64,000 nucleotides of DNA from Candidatus Moraniibacteriota bacterium (GTDB taxonomy: Bacteria > Patescibacteriota > Minisyncoccia > Moranbacterales > UBA1568). The translations under genes were made by a program, and so were the position numbers. The DNA is taken from positions 133,010-197,009 of the forward strand of contig JAUSGT010000001.1 of assembly GCA_030648835.1 (NCBI GenBank), written 5' to 3'. The number at the start of each line of letters is the position of its first letter. Position 1 is the first letter of the stretch. The notes under the pieces were generated by a model. The model was not told the origin of the DNA. It made no database searches and saw nothing but the letters and a program-made list of their open reading frames with translations. Shown here piece after piece: positions 1-9,552 of the stretch.

Positions 1-1
1 G

Positions 2-991
2 GGACCGATCACGCTGCCTCAGTATGGCTTGACGGTGGATGCGGATAATTTCATCCCCATCATTCAGGAGCAAGTGGAAGTGAAATACGATAGAGAGGAA
101 AATCAGCCGAAAAAAGTGTTGGCCGATCTCACGGCGCTCCTTTTGGAAAAAGTTTTCGATTCGCAGGACAAGATGACGCTGTATAAAGTCGCGGAGGCGC
201 TCGTGTTGGGGTTGAACGAGAAGCAGATGCTTATCTATATGCGTCATCCGGAAACGGAAGCGCTCATTGACGAGGCGGGCTGGTCGGGGCGGGTGCTCGA
301 GACAGAGGGTGACTACCTCTCCGTCATTCATACCAATATCAACGGATACAAAACAGATGGGGTAATCGATGAAACCCTGAAACACAAGGCGGAGATAGGA
401 GAAGACGGTTCGATCATCGACACGGTGACTATCACTCGGACGCACCGGGGTGGGCACACACCGTACGAGTGGTGGAACAAGGTAAACGCGGATTATCTGC
501 GCGTCTACGTGCCACTCGGTTCGGAACTTTTATCGGCCAAGGGGGCGACATGGGAGTTCCCCGAAGCGCCGCTTGATTATCAAGCGCTTGGTTTTCGTCG
601 TGACGCGGATGTCCTGCGTGAAGAAAATTCCATCGTCATTGACGAGAAAAGCGGAACCCGTATGTATCCGGATGCCGGTAAAACCGTTTTTGGCGCCTGG
701 GTATATGTCAGTCCGCAAGAATCGGTAACCGTCGAGTATCGATATCGTTTGCCGTTTGGCATAGATGTGAAAAAAATACGGGACGGCGGCGTCGCTTCGT
801 ATGCGATGTTGTATCAGAAGCAGTCCGGATCTATCGGTAGCAAACTTTTCTCAACAGTAGTTTTCCCCGAAAAATTGGGAGTAATTTGGCAGATGAATGG
901 AAATCTGATACCGTACGATCGTGAGTGGAAGCTTGAAACCGATTTGAAAACCGACGTCTTTGCCGGAATGGTTTTCGGTGCTGTAAAATGA
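2..991 (+). CDS. DUF4012-domain protein, C-terminal fragment (frame stays open to the window start)
   Basis: The C-terminal region (GGHTPYEWWNKVNADYLRVYVPLGSELL) is paralogous to the C-terminus of the full DUF4012 protein at 54257..55630. No stop codon upstream in frame from position 2. Confidence 0.5.
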   Translation, partial: GPITLPQYGLTVDADNFIPIIQEQVEVKYDREENQPKKVLADLTALLLEKVFDSQDKMTLYKVAEALVLGLNEKQMLIYMRHPETEALIDEAGWSGRVLETEGDYLSVIHTNINGYKTDGVIDETLKHKAEIGEDGSIIDTVTITRTHRGGHTPYEWWNKVNADYLRVYVPLGSELLSAKGATWEFPEAPLDYQALGFRRDADVLREENSIVIDEKSGTRMYPDAGKTVFGAWVYVSPQESVTVEYRYRLPFGIDVKKIRDGGVASYAMLYQKQSGSIGSKLFSTVVFPEKLGVIWQMNGNLIPYDREWKLETDLKTDVFAGMVFGAVK

Positions 992-2655
992 ATACCCCTA
1001 TGATCAAACGCTGGATACAAGGTCTTGCGCTCTGGAGCAGTACTCCGAGTAAAACAGTCGGCAGCGCGGCCTTGCTCATCGCGGTTGCCGGTATTGCCAG
1101 TCGTATCTTGGGATTTTTTCGTGATCGTATTTTGGCTTCGCATTTTGGCGCGGGGGATGTTCTGGACGCTTATTACGCGGCTTTTCGTATCCCGGATTTG
1201 ATTTACAGTTTTCTCGTTTTGGGAGCATTGAGCGTGGCGTTCATTCCGGTTTTTACCGAGTTTCTGGCCGATAAGAAAGAAGAAGAGGCATGGAAATTGA
1301 CTGCCGGCATTTTGCATCTGATGCTTTTCTTGCTCGGGGTGTTGGCGCTTCTCGGTATCTTTTTTGCTCCATGGCTGACGGGTCTGATTGCTCCGGGTTT
1401 CGCCGCGGAAAAAAGAGAAATCGTCATTACGTTGACGCGAGTGATGCTTCTTTCTCCGATTTTTCTTGCGGTGAGCGCGGTGTTCGGAGGAGTACTTGTC
1501 TCTTTCAAACAATTTGCGGCGTATTCGTTTGCGCCGGTTTTTTACAATATCGGCATCATCTGCGGAGCGCTGTTTCTGGTTCCTCTCTTTGGTCCGCTTG
1601 GTCTGGCTTGGGGTGTCGTCTTGGGATCACTCCTCCATATGCTGGTGCAGTATCCATCCCTCAGAAACTGCGGGTTCCGTTATCAGTTGTATTTTGTGCA
1701 TGCTTGGAAAGATCAGGCGGTTCGGCGTGTCGCGAAGCTCATGATCCCGCGTTCGCTCGGTATGGCGGTGAATCAGGTGAGCTTGCTGGTGATAACGATC
1801 TTTGCATCAACCTTGGCATCCGGAAGTCTGGCGGTTTTTACGCTTGCCAACAATATCCAAAGCGTGCCGCTCGGGTTGTTCGGTATCGCGTTCGCGCTGG
1901 CGGTTTTTCCGTCGCTTTCTTTTTTTGCCGCCAAGAAAAGGGAGCAGGATTTTTTTGAAATATTGACGCAGACATCGCGACGTATCCTGTTTTTCGTTTT
2001 GCCGCTCTCCCTTTTTATGATTATCTTTCGCGCCCAATTCGTGCGCGTTATTTTGGGGAGCGGACAGTTCGATTGGGAAGACACAATTCTGACTTTTCAG
2101 GTGCTGGGATTCCTTTCGGTGAGTCTTTTCGCCCAGAGTTTGATACCGCTGTTCGCGCGCGCGTTCTTCGCTCTTCAAAATACCAAGACTCCTTTTTATA
2201 TTGCTCTCTTCAGTACGGCGTTCCAAATCGCTCTCATCCCTATCCTTTTGCCGCAGTATGCCGTTCTCGGTTTGGCCATTGCGTTTTCGGTGGGGAGTGT
2301 CATCAATCTTGTATTTCTGTACCTTGCTTTGCGGAGAAGAGTCTCTTTGTGGGATGACCGTGCGTTTCTCTATCCGACGCTCAAAATTCTTTTTGCGGCG
2401 CTTGTGGCCGGGGCTATCGCGCAGGCTTCCAAATCCGTCTTCGCCCTGACGATAAGTGAACTGGATACGTTTGTGAAGGTTTTCCTCCAGCTTCTCATGG
2501 GGCTCGTCATCGGCGGGGTGTCCTTCGTCGTGGTGTGTCACTTGCTCCGGATAGACGAGCTTCAGATGGTGAAACGTTTTCTCATCTACAAGGTTTTGCG
2601 TCAACCGGAAACAGCCGCGTTGGCTGAAGACCATCCGGAACGGGGGGATTGGTAA
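988..2655 (+). CDS. murJ: lipid II flippase MurJ (MviN family)
   Basis: 555 aa polytopic membrane protein. The N-terminus (GSAALLIAVAGIASRILGFFRDRILASHFGAGDVLDAYYAAFRIPDL) is the classic MurJ/MviN signature. A hairpin terminator follows at 2681..2730. Confidence 0.85.
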   Translation: MNTPMIKRWIQGLALWSSTPSKTVGSAALLIAVAGIASRILGFFRDRILASHFGAGDVLDAYYAAFRIPDLIYSFLVLGALSVAFIPVFTEFLADKKEEEAWKLTAGILHLMLFLLGVLALLGIFFAPWLTGLIAPGFAAEKREIVITLTRVMLLSPIFLAVSAVFGGVLVSFKQFAAYSFAPVFYNIGIICGALFLVPLFGPLGLAWGVVLGSLLHMLVQYPSLRNCGFRYQLYFVHAWKDQAVRRVAKLMIPRSLGMAVNQVSLLVITIFASTLASGSLAVFTLANNIQSVPLGLFGIAFALAVFPSLSFFAAKKREQDFFEILTQTSRRILFFVLPLSLFMIIFRAQFVRVILGSGQFDWEDTILTFQVLGFLSVSLFAQSLIPLFARAFFALQNTKTPFYIALFSTAFQIALIPILLPQYAVLGLAIAFSVGSVINLVFLYLALRRRVSLWDDRAFLYPTLKILFAALVAGAIAQASKSVFALTISELDTFVKVFLQLLMGLVIGGVSFVVVCHLLRIDELQMVKRFLIYKVLRQPETAALAEDHPERGDW

Positions 2656-2680
2656 ATATAAAAAATTTCATTCGAGAATA

Positions 2681-2730
2681 AAAAATCCTACTTTTCCGTT
2701 AACCGATTGGAAGAGTAGGATTTTTGATAA
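2681..2730 (+). terminator. rho-independent terminator after murJ, plausibly bidirectional
   Basis: AAAAATCCTACTTTTCC / GGAAGAGTAGGATTTTT stem with one mismatch, followed by a T-run. Also reads as a terminator on the minus strand for the small ORF 2759..2938. Confidence 0.6.
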
Positions 2731-2758
2731 CACTGTATCAGATGGGGAGTCTTCGGAT

Positions 2759-2938
2759 TTACGAAGAACATGGAAGAGAGAGATGCCTTCGTATGGGCAC
2801 TATTTTTTCTTTTCCACATGTGCAACGGTAAATCCGGTTGACAATTTCATACCCTTCATCCGGAGCCTTGGTGACGCTTGTTTCATCCGTACTGAAGTAC
2901 ACAAGAGATTCCCCGCAATGGTCGCATAGAGTGAACAT
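2759..2938 (-). CDS. small zinc-ribbon-like protein (59 aa; CxxC ... CxC)
   Basis: Hand-translated minus-strand ORF MFTLCDHCGESLVYFSTDETSVTKAPDEGYEIVNRIYRCTCGKEKNVPIRRHLSLPCSS. A strong SD sequence (GAAGGAGA) sits 6 nt upstream of the ATG. It is below the 60 aa cut-off of the ORF track. Confidence 0.35.
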   Translation of the reverse strand: MFTLCDHCGESLVYFSTDETSVTKAPDEGYEIVNRIYRCTCGKEKIVPIRRHLSLPCSS

Positions 2939-2992
2939 CGTTATTCTCCTTCTGAAGGTGAAAAAGTTGAAATTATTTGGTTGTTAAAAAAC

Positions 2993-3031
2993 AAAAAACC
3001 GACTATCGGTGAAGAGTCGGTTTTCATTTTG
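2993..3031. terminator. orphan hairpin with T-runs on both strands
   Basis: AAAAAACCGACT / AGTCGGTTTT stem with a 10 nt loop, followed by TTTTCATTTT. It does not immediately follow any gene on either strand. Confidence 0.4.
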
Positions 3032-3173
3032 TAATCTTTTGAGCTACAAGACGAAAATCAAACCTTCACCGGCGAGCCGGTAAAATAAAACCAAAAAAAG
3101 AATGACATCTGTATTTGTAGCATATATTTACTGTATAAAATCCATTCTTTTTTGTCAACAAGATTGTAAGGGG

Positions 3174-3203
3174 TTGACAATCCAGTTAAATAGTGCTTAA
3201 ATA
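3174..3203 (+). promoter_or_regulatory. sigma70-like promoter (TTGACA, about 17 nt, TTAAAT/TAAATA)
   Basis: TTGACA at 3174..3179 with an AT-rich -10 about 17-18 nt downstream. Precedes the small ORF at 3250. Confidence 0.4.
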
Positions 3204-3249
3204 TAGTTTGTCATTTACCAACGTGTTTTTTCAAAAGGGAGTGAAGGCA

Positions 3250-3501
3250 ATGCCGGAAAAGCTGAAGATCGAAGAATATTTTACTGCCGCGAAAAAAAGA
3301 ATGCTCGGCCATGGCGGAATGAACGGCGAGTCGCTGACGGTTACATTGTCGGCAACGAGAGACATCCTCGACTTCGCCGAAAAGCGGGCGCAAGAATGGG
3401 GAGTTTCTTTGTCGCCCGATTTTCACGTTTTCCGGAAAAGTTTGAATGATCCCGAGAAAGTACAGGCCATTATTGAGGAAGGAGAAAAAACAGGCGCGTG
3501 A
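3250..3501 (+). CDS. hypothetical small protein (83 aa)
   Basis: ORF with an SD sequence (AAAGGGAGTG) before the ATG at 3250. No recognisable family. Followed by three stacked hairpins at 3493..3560. Confidence 0.4.
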   Translation: MPEKLKIEEYFTAAKKRMLGHGGMNGESLTVTLSATRDILDFAEKRAQEWGVSLSPDFHVFRKSLNDPEKVQAIIEEGEKTGA

Positions 3502-3565
3502 ACCACGCGCAGCCAGACTCGTCTGGGGAAGCGTCACTTGGAATGTCAAGGACGCTTTTTTCATT
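3493..3565 (+). terminator. compound terminator of three consecutive hairpins, the last followed by a T-run
   Basis: GCGCGTG aac CACGCGC; CCAGAC tcg GTCTGG; AAGCGTC ... GACGCTT then TTTTTTCATTTTTT. Confidence 0.55.
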
Positions 3566-3594
3566 TTTTCTTGCTTTGAAAGCATTTTTCATTT

Positions 3595-3658
3595 ACCCTG
3601 TGTAATACGACTTGCTCCGCAAGTTGTCATCGTACTTTAGTACGATATTACACAGGGT
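3595..3658 (+). promoter_or_regulatory. 13 bp perfect inverted repeat (ACCCTGTGTAATA / TATTACACAGGGT) around an inner palindrome, 15 nt upstream of the lepA start
   Basis: Read directly from the sequence. The inner palindrome is CGTACTTTAGTACG. Candidate operator or leader structure. Confidence 0.45.
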
Positions 3659-3672
3659 GAACTCTGAACCAT

Positions 3673-5484
3673 ATGTCACTTCGCCAACAAAACATCCGCA
3701 ATTTTTGCATTATTGCGCACATCGATCACGGTAAGTCCACGTTGGCTGATCGTCTGCTTGAGCTGACCAAAACGGTGGAAATGCGCAAAATGAAAGAGCA
3801 GCTTTTGGATCAGATGGATCTGGAACGGGAGCGTGGCATCACCATCAAGCTGCAGCCGGTGCAGATGCATCATACCTACAAAGGTGTTGAGTATATGCTG
3901 AATCTGATCGATACTCCGGGGCATGTGGATTTTCATTACGAGGTTTCCCGCTCGCTAGCGGCTGTCGAGGGAGCCATTCTTCTCGTGGATGCGACCAAAG
4001 GCGTTCAAGCTCAGACATTGGCCAATCTTTACTTGGCTGTTGAACAAGGATTGACTATCATTCCGGTGGTGAACAAAATTGACCTGCCCAACGCGCAAAC
4101 GGAAAAAACAAAAAAAGAAATCGTGCATATTCTCGGCTGTCGAGAAGAAGATATCCTTCTGGCGTCCGGCAAGACGGGGCAGGGAGTTGAGCAGGTGTTG
4201 GAGCGGGTGATCGAATTGGTTCCTGCGCCGGGTGGGGATGAAGCCAAGCCACTTCGCGCGCTCATTTTTGATTCCGTCTACAACACGTACAAAGGAGTGG
4301 TTGCCTATGTGAAAGTCGTCGATGGTACCGTCAAGCGTGATGATGCACTCCATATGCTCGGAACGGAGAAAGAGGGGGTGACAGTGGAAGTCGGGTTGTT
4401 CAAACCGGGACTGGTGCCAACCGATATCCTGCGGGCCGGCGATATCGGCTATATTGCGACGGGGCTGAAAGAAGTGGGTCATTGTCGGGTGGGCGATACG
4501 GTGACGTGGAGGGTAGGAGAGCGTGAGAAAATGATTGCCTTGCGTTTGCCGGGGTACAAAGAAATCAAACCGGCCGTCTATGCTAGTCTGTATCCGGTGG
4601 AGGGGGATGATTATACGCTGATGCGCGATAGCTTGGATAAATTGAAACTCAACGATGCGGCATTCACTTTTGAACCGGAGAGCAATCAGGCCTTGGGCAG
4701 AGGTTTCCGTTGTGGTTTCTTGGGACTGCTTCATTTGGAAATCATTCAGGCGCGGTTGGAGCGTGAATTCAATCTGACACCGACCATCACGACACCGTCA
4801 GTCGTTTACGAATTGGAACTGCACGGCAGCGAAAAACGTATCGCGCTTTATTCACCCTCCGATTTGCCGGATCCGGCCAGCATCGAGAAGATCTATGAGC
4901 CGTATGTGGCCCTCTCCATCGTGACACCGAGCGAATACCTCGGTAATGTGATGTCACTTTCTCAGTCAATTCGGGCGGATTACAAGAATACCGAATACAT
5001 TGATGCGGAGCGAGCCCTCCTCACCTTCGAAGCGCCACTTATGGACGTCATCGTCAATTTTCATGATGATTTGAAGAGTGCGACATCCGGGTACGCATCG
5101 ATGAATTATGAGCCGATCGAGTACCGCGAGAGCGATGTGGTGAAATTGGAAATTCTTGTGGCCGGCGAACGCATCGATGCGTTCGCGCGAATGATTCCCA
5201 GGCGCGCCGCGTATGGCGAGGGCAAGCGTGTCGTGGAAAAGTTGAAAGAAGTTATCCCCAAACAGAACTTCGCGGTGGCTATCCAGGCGGCTATCGGTGG
5301 CAAGGTTATCGCTCGGGAAACTATTGCGGCCTATCGCAAGGACGTGACAGGGTATCTCTATGGCGGCGACTTCTCACGCAAGAAAAAGCTGCTGGAGAAA
5401 CAGAAGCGGGGAAAAAAGAAAATGAGAGACATCGGCAAAGTGAACATTCCCAGTCAGGCTTTTCTGGCTGTTTTGAAGAAATAG
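3673..5484 (+). CDS. lepA: elongation factor 4 (LepA)
   Basis: 603 aa. G-domain motifs AHIDHGKST and DTPGHVDF, plus the LepA-specific C-terminal domain. Confidence 0.95.
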   Translation: MSLRQQNIRNFCIIAHIDHGKSTLADRLLELTKTVEMRKMKEQLLDQMDLERERGITIKLQPVQMHHTYKGVEYMLNLIDTPGHVDFHYEVSRSLAAVEGAILLVDATKGVQAQTLANLYLAVEQGLTIIPVVNKIDLPNAQTEKTKKEIVHILGCREEDILLASGKTGQGVEQVLERVIELVPAPGGDEAKPLRALIFDSVYNTYKGVVAYVKVVDGTVKRDDALHMLGTEKEGVTVEVGLFKPGLVPTDILRAGDIGYIATGLKEVGHCRVGDTVTWRVGEREKMIALRLPGYKEIKPAVYASLYPVEGDDYTLMRDSLDKLKLNDAAFTFEPESNQALGRGFRCGFLGLLHLEIIQARLEREFNLTPTITTPSVVYELELHGSEKRIALYSPSDLPDPASIEKIYEPYVALSIVTPSEYLGNVMSLSQSIRADYKNTEYIDAERALLTFEAPLMDVIVNFHDDLKSATSGYASMNYEPIEYRESDVVKLEILVAGERIDAFARMIPRRAAYGEGKRVVEKLKEVIPKQNFAVAIQAAIGGKVIARETIAAYRKDVTGYLYGGDFSRKKKLLEKQKRGKKKMRDIGKVNIPSQAFLAVLKK

Positions 5485-5546
5485 TTTTGCCTTTTTTGGC
5501 GATTTTGAGTATACTGACTGCATATAATTATTTCAATCTTAACTCT

Positions 5547-5858
5547 ATGGCGATGGAATTTACCGATGCGAATTTTGATCAAGAGGTGTTGAAAAGCGAC
5601 AAGCCGACGCTCGTTGATTTCTGGGCGCCGTGGTGCGGGCCATGTCAGTTGATGGGGCCGGTGATTGACGACCTGGCCAAGGAAATGACGGCGGTAAAGA
5701 TCGGCAAGGTCAATGTGGATGAAAACCCTGCGACGGCGGCGGCCTATGGCATCATGTCGATTCCGACGATGAAAGTGTTCAAGGGTGGGCAGGTAGTCAA
5801 AGAGTTTATGGGGGTACAGGCGAAAGACAAGCTGAAAAGCGAGCTTTCTGCCATCTAA
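5547..5858 (+). CDS. trxA: thioredoxin
   Basis: WCGPC active site (FWAPWCGPCQ) and thioredoxin fold length. Start taken at the internal ATG (MAMEFTDANF...); a TATAAT at 5524..5529 lies upstream. Confidence 0.9.
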   Translation: MAMEFTDANFDQEVLKSDKPTLVDFWAPWCGPCQLMGPVIDDLAKEMTAVKIGKVNVDENPATAAAYGIMSIPTMKVFKGGQVVKEFMGVQAKDKLKSELSAI

Positions 5859-5877
5859 AAAACAAATCCTAACAAAT

Positions 5878-6008
5878 TATGCCCGGTAGTGAAACTTCGA
5901 CTGGGTATTCGTGTGAAATCAAACAATAGCAAGGGGTGTCAAAAATAAACATTAACTTAGACTTCCGCAGCATATAAAAAAGTTGTCGAAGTTCTACTAC
6001 CGGGTATG
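5878..6008. mobile_element. MITE-like element copy 1: TIR CCCGGTAGTGAAACTTCGAC (5882..5901) / GTCGAAGTTCTACTACCGGG (5985..6004), flanked by TATG at 5878..5881 and 6005..6008
   Basis: Near-perfect 20 bp terminal inverted repeat and 4 bp direct repeat, read directly. The right TATG contains the ATG of the yjbQ-like gene at 6006. The interior carries a GCATATAAA box. Confidence 0.7.
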
Positions 6009-6446
6009 AAAATTCACAAGGAGAGAATCGATCTCGAGAGCAAGACGCAGATCGAGTTTATGGATATCACGGACCGGGTGCAGGAAATCGTCGATCGTTC
6101 CGGTATTCGTGAAGGGCAGGCGCTCATTTATGTGCCACATACGACGATGGGCGTCGCCATCAACCACAACGAATCGATGCTCATTCAGGATTTTATGCGC
6201 ATTTTGTACAAAATGGTGCCGGTGGACGAGCACTATTCCCATGATCTTTTCGAATTGAGGCGTGCGTCCGGTTCCGACGGGCGGAGCAACGGCCACTCGC
6301 ATTGCAAAGCCATCCTTTTGGGCAACAGTGAAACGATCCCCGTAGAAAAGGGCAAGCTTCTTCTGACGGAGCGGCAGAATATCTTCGCCGTAGAATTCGA
6401 CGGTTCCCGCAAGCGTGATGTGTTTATTCAGGTAATCGGATTGTAA
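6006..6446 (+). CDS. YjbQ/UPF0047 family protein (secondary thiamine-phosphate synthase enzyme family)
   Basis: 146 aa. MKIHKERIDLESKTQIEFMDITDRVQEIV...VPHTTMGVAINHNE aligns from residue 1 with YjbQ-family N-termini, so the ATG at 6006 is the true start. Confidence 0.75.
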   Translation: MKIHKERIDLESKTQIEFMDITDRVQEIVDRSGIREGQALIYVPHTTMGVAINHNESMLIQDFMRILYKMVPVDEHYSHDLFELRRASGSDGRSNGHSHCKAILLGNSETIPVEKGKLLLTERQNIFAVEFDGSRKRDVFIQVIGL

Positions 6447-6461
6447 ATAATATTTCTTCCT

Positions 6462-6594
6462 TATGCCCGGCAGTGAAACTTCGACCGGGCATTTATAAAT
6501 ATCCGATAAGAGCGGGAATACTGCGAGGATAAGTATTAAATCCGAACTTCCAGGATTTCTACGGAAATTGTCGAAGTTCTACTGACCGGGTATG
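6462..6594. mobile_element. MITE-like element copy 2: TIRs 6466..6485 / 6570..6590, flanked by TATG at 6462..6465 and 6591..6594
   Basis: Same TIR family. The interior is homologous over its full length to copy 4 (GATAAGAGCGGGAA...GCGAGGATAA...TACGGAAAYTGTCGAAG). The right TATG supplies the pcm start at 6592. Confidence 0.7.
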
Positions 6595-7218
6595 GGTAGC
6601 GGGCTTGTCGAACTGCTTATTCGTAATGGGTATCTGAAATCGGAGGCAATCATTCGGGCATTCAATGAGATAACGCGGGCGGAATTTGTCCCACCGGAGT
6701 TTGAAGAGCAGGCGGAAGCCGATGTTCCTCTCCCTATCGGCTTTGGTCAGACGATATCCCAGCCGACAACGGTGGCGATTATGTTCGAGCTTCTTGACCC
6801 GCGACCGGGACAAAAAGTCCTCGATATCGGGAGCGGTTCCGGCTGGACAAGCGCGCTTCTGGGGAATATCGTCGGCGTAGGGGGCAGGGTAGCGGCTGTC
6901 GAGTTGCTTCCGGAGCTTCACACAATGACCAAATGCAATGTGGAGAAATTCGGTTTGGTGAGCGCCGGTATCGTAGAATGTGTCTTGGGTGACGGCAATC
7001 TGGGGTATGAGCCGTTCAAGCCGTACGACCGGATCCTTGTTTCTGCCGCGGCCGATGAAATTCCTCAGGCATTCAAGAAACAGCTCGCTGTCGGAGGGAA
7101 AATAGTGATTCCCGTTCACAACCATCTGGTGTATCTCGAAAAGCGCGGGGAGGACGATTACTACAAGGAAGAGTTTGCGGGATTTGTTTTTGTTCCTTTG
7201 GTTCAGAAATCATTTTAA
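6592..7218 (+). CDS. pcm: protein-L-isoaspartate O-methyltransferase
   Basis: GQTISQPTTVAIMFELLDPRPGQKVLDIGSGSGWTSALL matches the Pcm catalytic motifs. The N-terminus aligns with E. coli Pcm from residue 1. Confidence 0.85.
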   Translation: MGSGLVELLIRNGYLKSEAIIRAFNEITRAEFVPPEFEEQAEADVPLPIGFGQTISQPTTVAIMFELLDPRPGQKVLDIGSGSGWTSALLGNIVGVGGRVAAVELLPELHTMTKCNVEKFGLVSAGIVECVLGDGNLGYEPFKPYDRILVSAAADEIPQAFKKQLAVGGKIVIPVHNHLVYLEKRGEDDYYKEEFAGFVFVPLVQKSF

Positions 7219-8242
7219 ATTCATTTTTGTGCGCATATTTTTATTTATTGCTCTGCTTTTTTCCACACTCACCTTTGGAGGGTTTTTTTATCTTTCGTAT
7301 GCGGCGCAGCACGCGAGCGGTGGCAATAGTCAAGTACAGCGTTTCGAGGTGAAACAGGGAGAGGGAATGTTCAGTCTGGGGGAACGTCTGGAGGCGGCCG
7401 GATTGATTTCTTCACGCTATGTGTTTCTGTGGCATCTCGTTCGCGTCGAAAAAACTCACAATCTCGTCGCCGGGACATACAGTTTGAGTGGCGAGATGTC
7501 TGTGGCGGGTATAGCCTTGGTAATCACGGAAGGCAAGACTGTTTCACGGGACGTGCGGATCACCTTTCCGGAAGGGTGGAATAGCAAGAAAATGGCGGAG
7601 CGTTTGACGGCCAATGGTTTGCCGGGGGCGAGTTTTCTTAGGTTAGTAGAGAAACCGCAGCCGGAACTGAGGAATCAATTTGATTTCCTTTCCGCTCTGC
7701 CCATTGGAGCGACGCTTGAAGGTTTTCTTTTCCCAGACACTTACTTTTTTGACCCGCAAACGTCCGCGGAAGCGATTGTCGAAAAAATGTTGACGAATTT
7801 TGGAAAAAAGTTTGATTCAGCGCTTCGGATGGCGGCTGAGAAGCAGAAACGCAGTCTCTTTGCTACGGTGACGCTTGCCAGTATTGTGGAGAATGAGGTG
7901 AAAACCGAGACCGATCGGAAAATAGTGGCTGATATTTTTTCACGGCGTCTGGCTATTGGACAAGCTCTCCAGAGCTGTGCGACACTTCAATACATATTGG
8001 GGGTTGATAGAGTACAGTACTCATATGCTGAAACACAAACACCATCACCGTACAATACCTATATCAATCCCGGTCTGCCACCAGGCCCAATCGGCAATCC
8101 CGGTCTGATGACGCTCAATGCGACCATTTCCCCACAAGCCAATCCATACTTCTATTTTTTGAATGATCCAAAAACCGGCGAGACTATTTTTTCGATTACG
8201 TATGAGGAACATCTGAAAAATAAGAGCTTGCATGGATTATAA
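7175..8242 (+). CDS. mltG: endolytic murein transglycosylase MltG (YceG-like)
   Basis: N-terminal TM helix, then a YceG domain with the signature YNTYINPGLPPGPIGNPG. Overlaps the pcm 3' end by 44 nt; an alternative GTG start lies at 7229. Confidence 0.8.
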   Translation: MRDLFLFLWFRNHFKFIFVRIFLFIALLFSTLTFGGFFYLSYAAQHASGGNSQVQRFEVKQGEGMFSLGERLEAAGLISSRYVFLWHLVRVEKTHNLVAGTYSLSGEMSVAGIALVITEGKTVSRDVRITFPEGWNSKKMAERLTANGLPGASFLRLVEKPQPELRNQFDFLSALPIGATLEGFLFPDTYFFDPQTSAEAIVEKMLTNFGKKFDSALRMAAEKQKRSLFATVTLASIVENEVKTETDRKIVADIFSRRLAIGQALQSCATLQYILGVDRVQYSYAETQTPSPYNTYINPGLPPGPIGNPGLMTLNATISPQANPYFYFLNDPKTGETIFSITYEEHLKNKSLHGL

Positions 8243-8263
8243 GAGAGGGTTTTGAAGGACGCA

Positions 8264-8290
8264 AAGAGGCCGCGGGGCCTCTTTTTTAGC
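8264..8290 (+). terminator. rho-independent terminator after mltG
   Basis: AAAGAGGCCGCGGGGCCTCTTTTTT: a GC-rich perfect stem followed by a T-run. Confidence 0.7.
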
Positions 8291-8329
8291 ACTCTCGCGG
8301 AAAACGGCATTTTGCGATAGAGTAAAGAT

Positions 8330-9436
8330 ATGAAAATAGCTTTGGTGCATGATTATTTGGTGCAGTACGGGGGAGCGGAGCGGGTGCTCGAAGCCTTCAC
8401 CGAGCTTTTTCCCTATGCGCCGATTTATACGCTCATCCATGATCGAGAGGCGATGCATGGGATATTTGAGGGCAAGCGTATCTATACGTCGTTTCTCCAG
8501 CATCTGCCGTTCTCGCACAAGCGCCATCGTTTTTTCCCGCCTCTTATGCCATTGGCTATCGAGCAGTTTGACTTTAGCACATACGATATCGTGTTGTCGG
8601 ATTCGTCGAGTTACGCCAAAGGCATCATCACGCGGCCGGAGACACTCCATATCTGTTATATGCATACGCCGATGCGTTACGCGTGGGATGATTGTCAGAA
8701 ATATACGCAAGATTTTGGGTTCCCGCAAATGATCAAGAAGCTGGTACCGTTTTTTATGAACCCGATTCGCCTGTGGGACAAGGCGAGCGCGGACCGAGTG
8801 GATGGCTTTCTCGCCAATTCGCAGTTTGTCGCGAAACGAATCAAGAAATATTACCGTCAGGCGGCCACGGTTATTCATCCACCGGTCAATATCGATCGTT
8901 TTGCTATTGCCGAGAAACCGGGCAACTATTTTCTTATGGTGGGCCGTCTCATCGCCTACAAGCGTCACGATATCGCGATCGAAGCATTCAATCGGTTGAA
9001 ATTGCCGCTCAAAATTATCGGTCGCGGACCGGAATTCGGTCGTTTGAAAAAAATGGCCGGACCGACGATTGAATTCTTGGGACGGGTGCCGGAAGAGGAT
9101 TTGCCGAAGTTTTATGCCGAGTGCCGCGGATTTGTTTTCCCGCAAGAAGAGGACTTCGGCATTGTGGCCATTGAAGCCATGGCGTCAGGGCGACCACTCA
9201 TCGCTTACCGAGGCGGTGACATCGTGGAACACCTGGAGGAAGGTACTATGGGTGTGTTTTTCGATACGCAGACGCCGGAAGCCATTGTGGAGGCCGTGAA
9301 ACATTTTTGTGAGCGTGAGTATGATTCGCACTATATTAGGAGCAAGGCCGTCCCTTTTGACAAAGAACGATTTAAGACTACAATAAAGGACTACATCACA
9401 AATGCTTTGGAAAAGCATTTAATGTCAAATACCTAA
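8330..9436 (+). CDS. glycosyltransferase family 4 (GT-B fold)
   Basis: 368 aa. N-terminal ALVHDYLVQYGGAERV and C-terminal EDFGIVAIEAMASGRPLIA (an EX7E-like motif) are typical of GT4. Confidence 0.75.
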   Translation: MKIALVHDYLVQYGGAERVLEAFTELFPYAPIYTLIHDREAMHGIFEGKRIYTSFLQHLPFSHKRHRFFPPLMPLAIEQFDFSTYDIVLSDSSSYAKGIITRPETLHICYMHTPMRYAWDDCQKYTQDFGFPQMIKKLVPFFMNPIRLWDKASADRVDGFLANSQFVAKRIKKYYRQAATVIHPPVNIDRFAIAEKPGNYFLMVGRLIAYKRHDIAIEAFNRLKLPLKIIGRGPEFGRLKKMAGPTIEFLGRVPEEDLPKFYAECRGFVFPQEEDFGIVAIEAMASGRPLIAYRGGDIVEHLEEGTMGVFFDTQTPEAIVEAVKHFCEREYDSHYIRSKAVPFDKERFKTTIKDYITNALEKHLMSNT

Positions 9437-9552
9437 TACCAAATATCTAATAATTAATAACATGAATTTTTATTGAGGAATTTGATATTGAGATATTCAT
9501 TAGGTATTAGAAATTAGATATTAGGAATTACAAATTCATATTTGTCATAATT

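Noticed and set aside
8237-9145. 302 aa minus-strand ORF
   Set aside because: Fully antisense to the GT4 glycosyltransferase at 8330..9436, which has clear family motifs. No motifs of its own.
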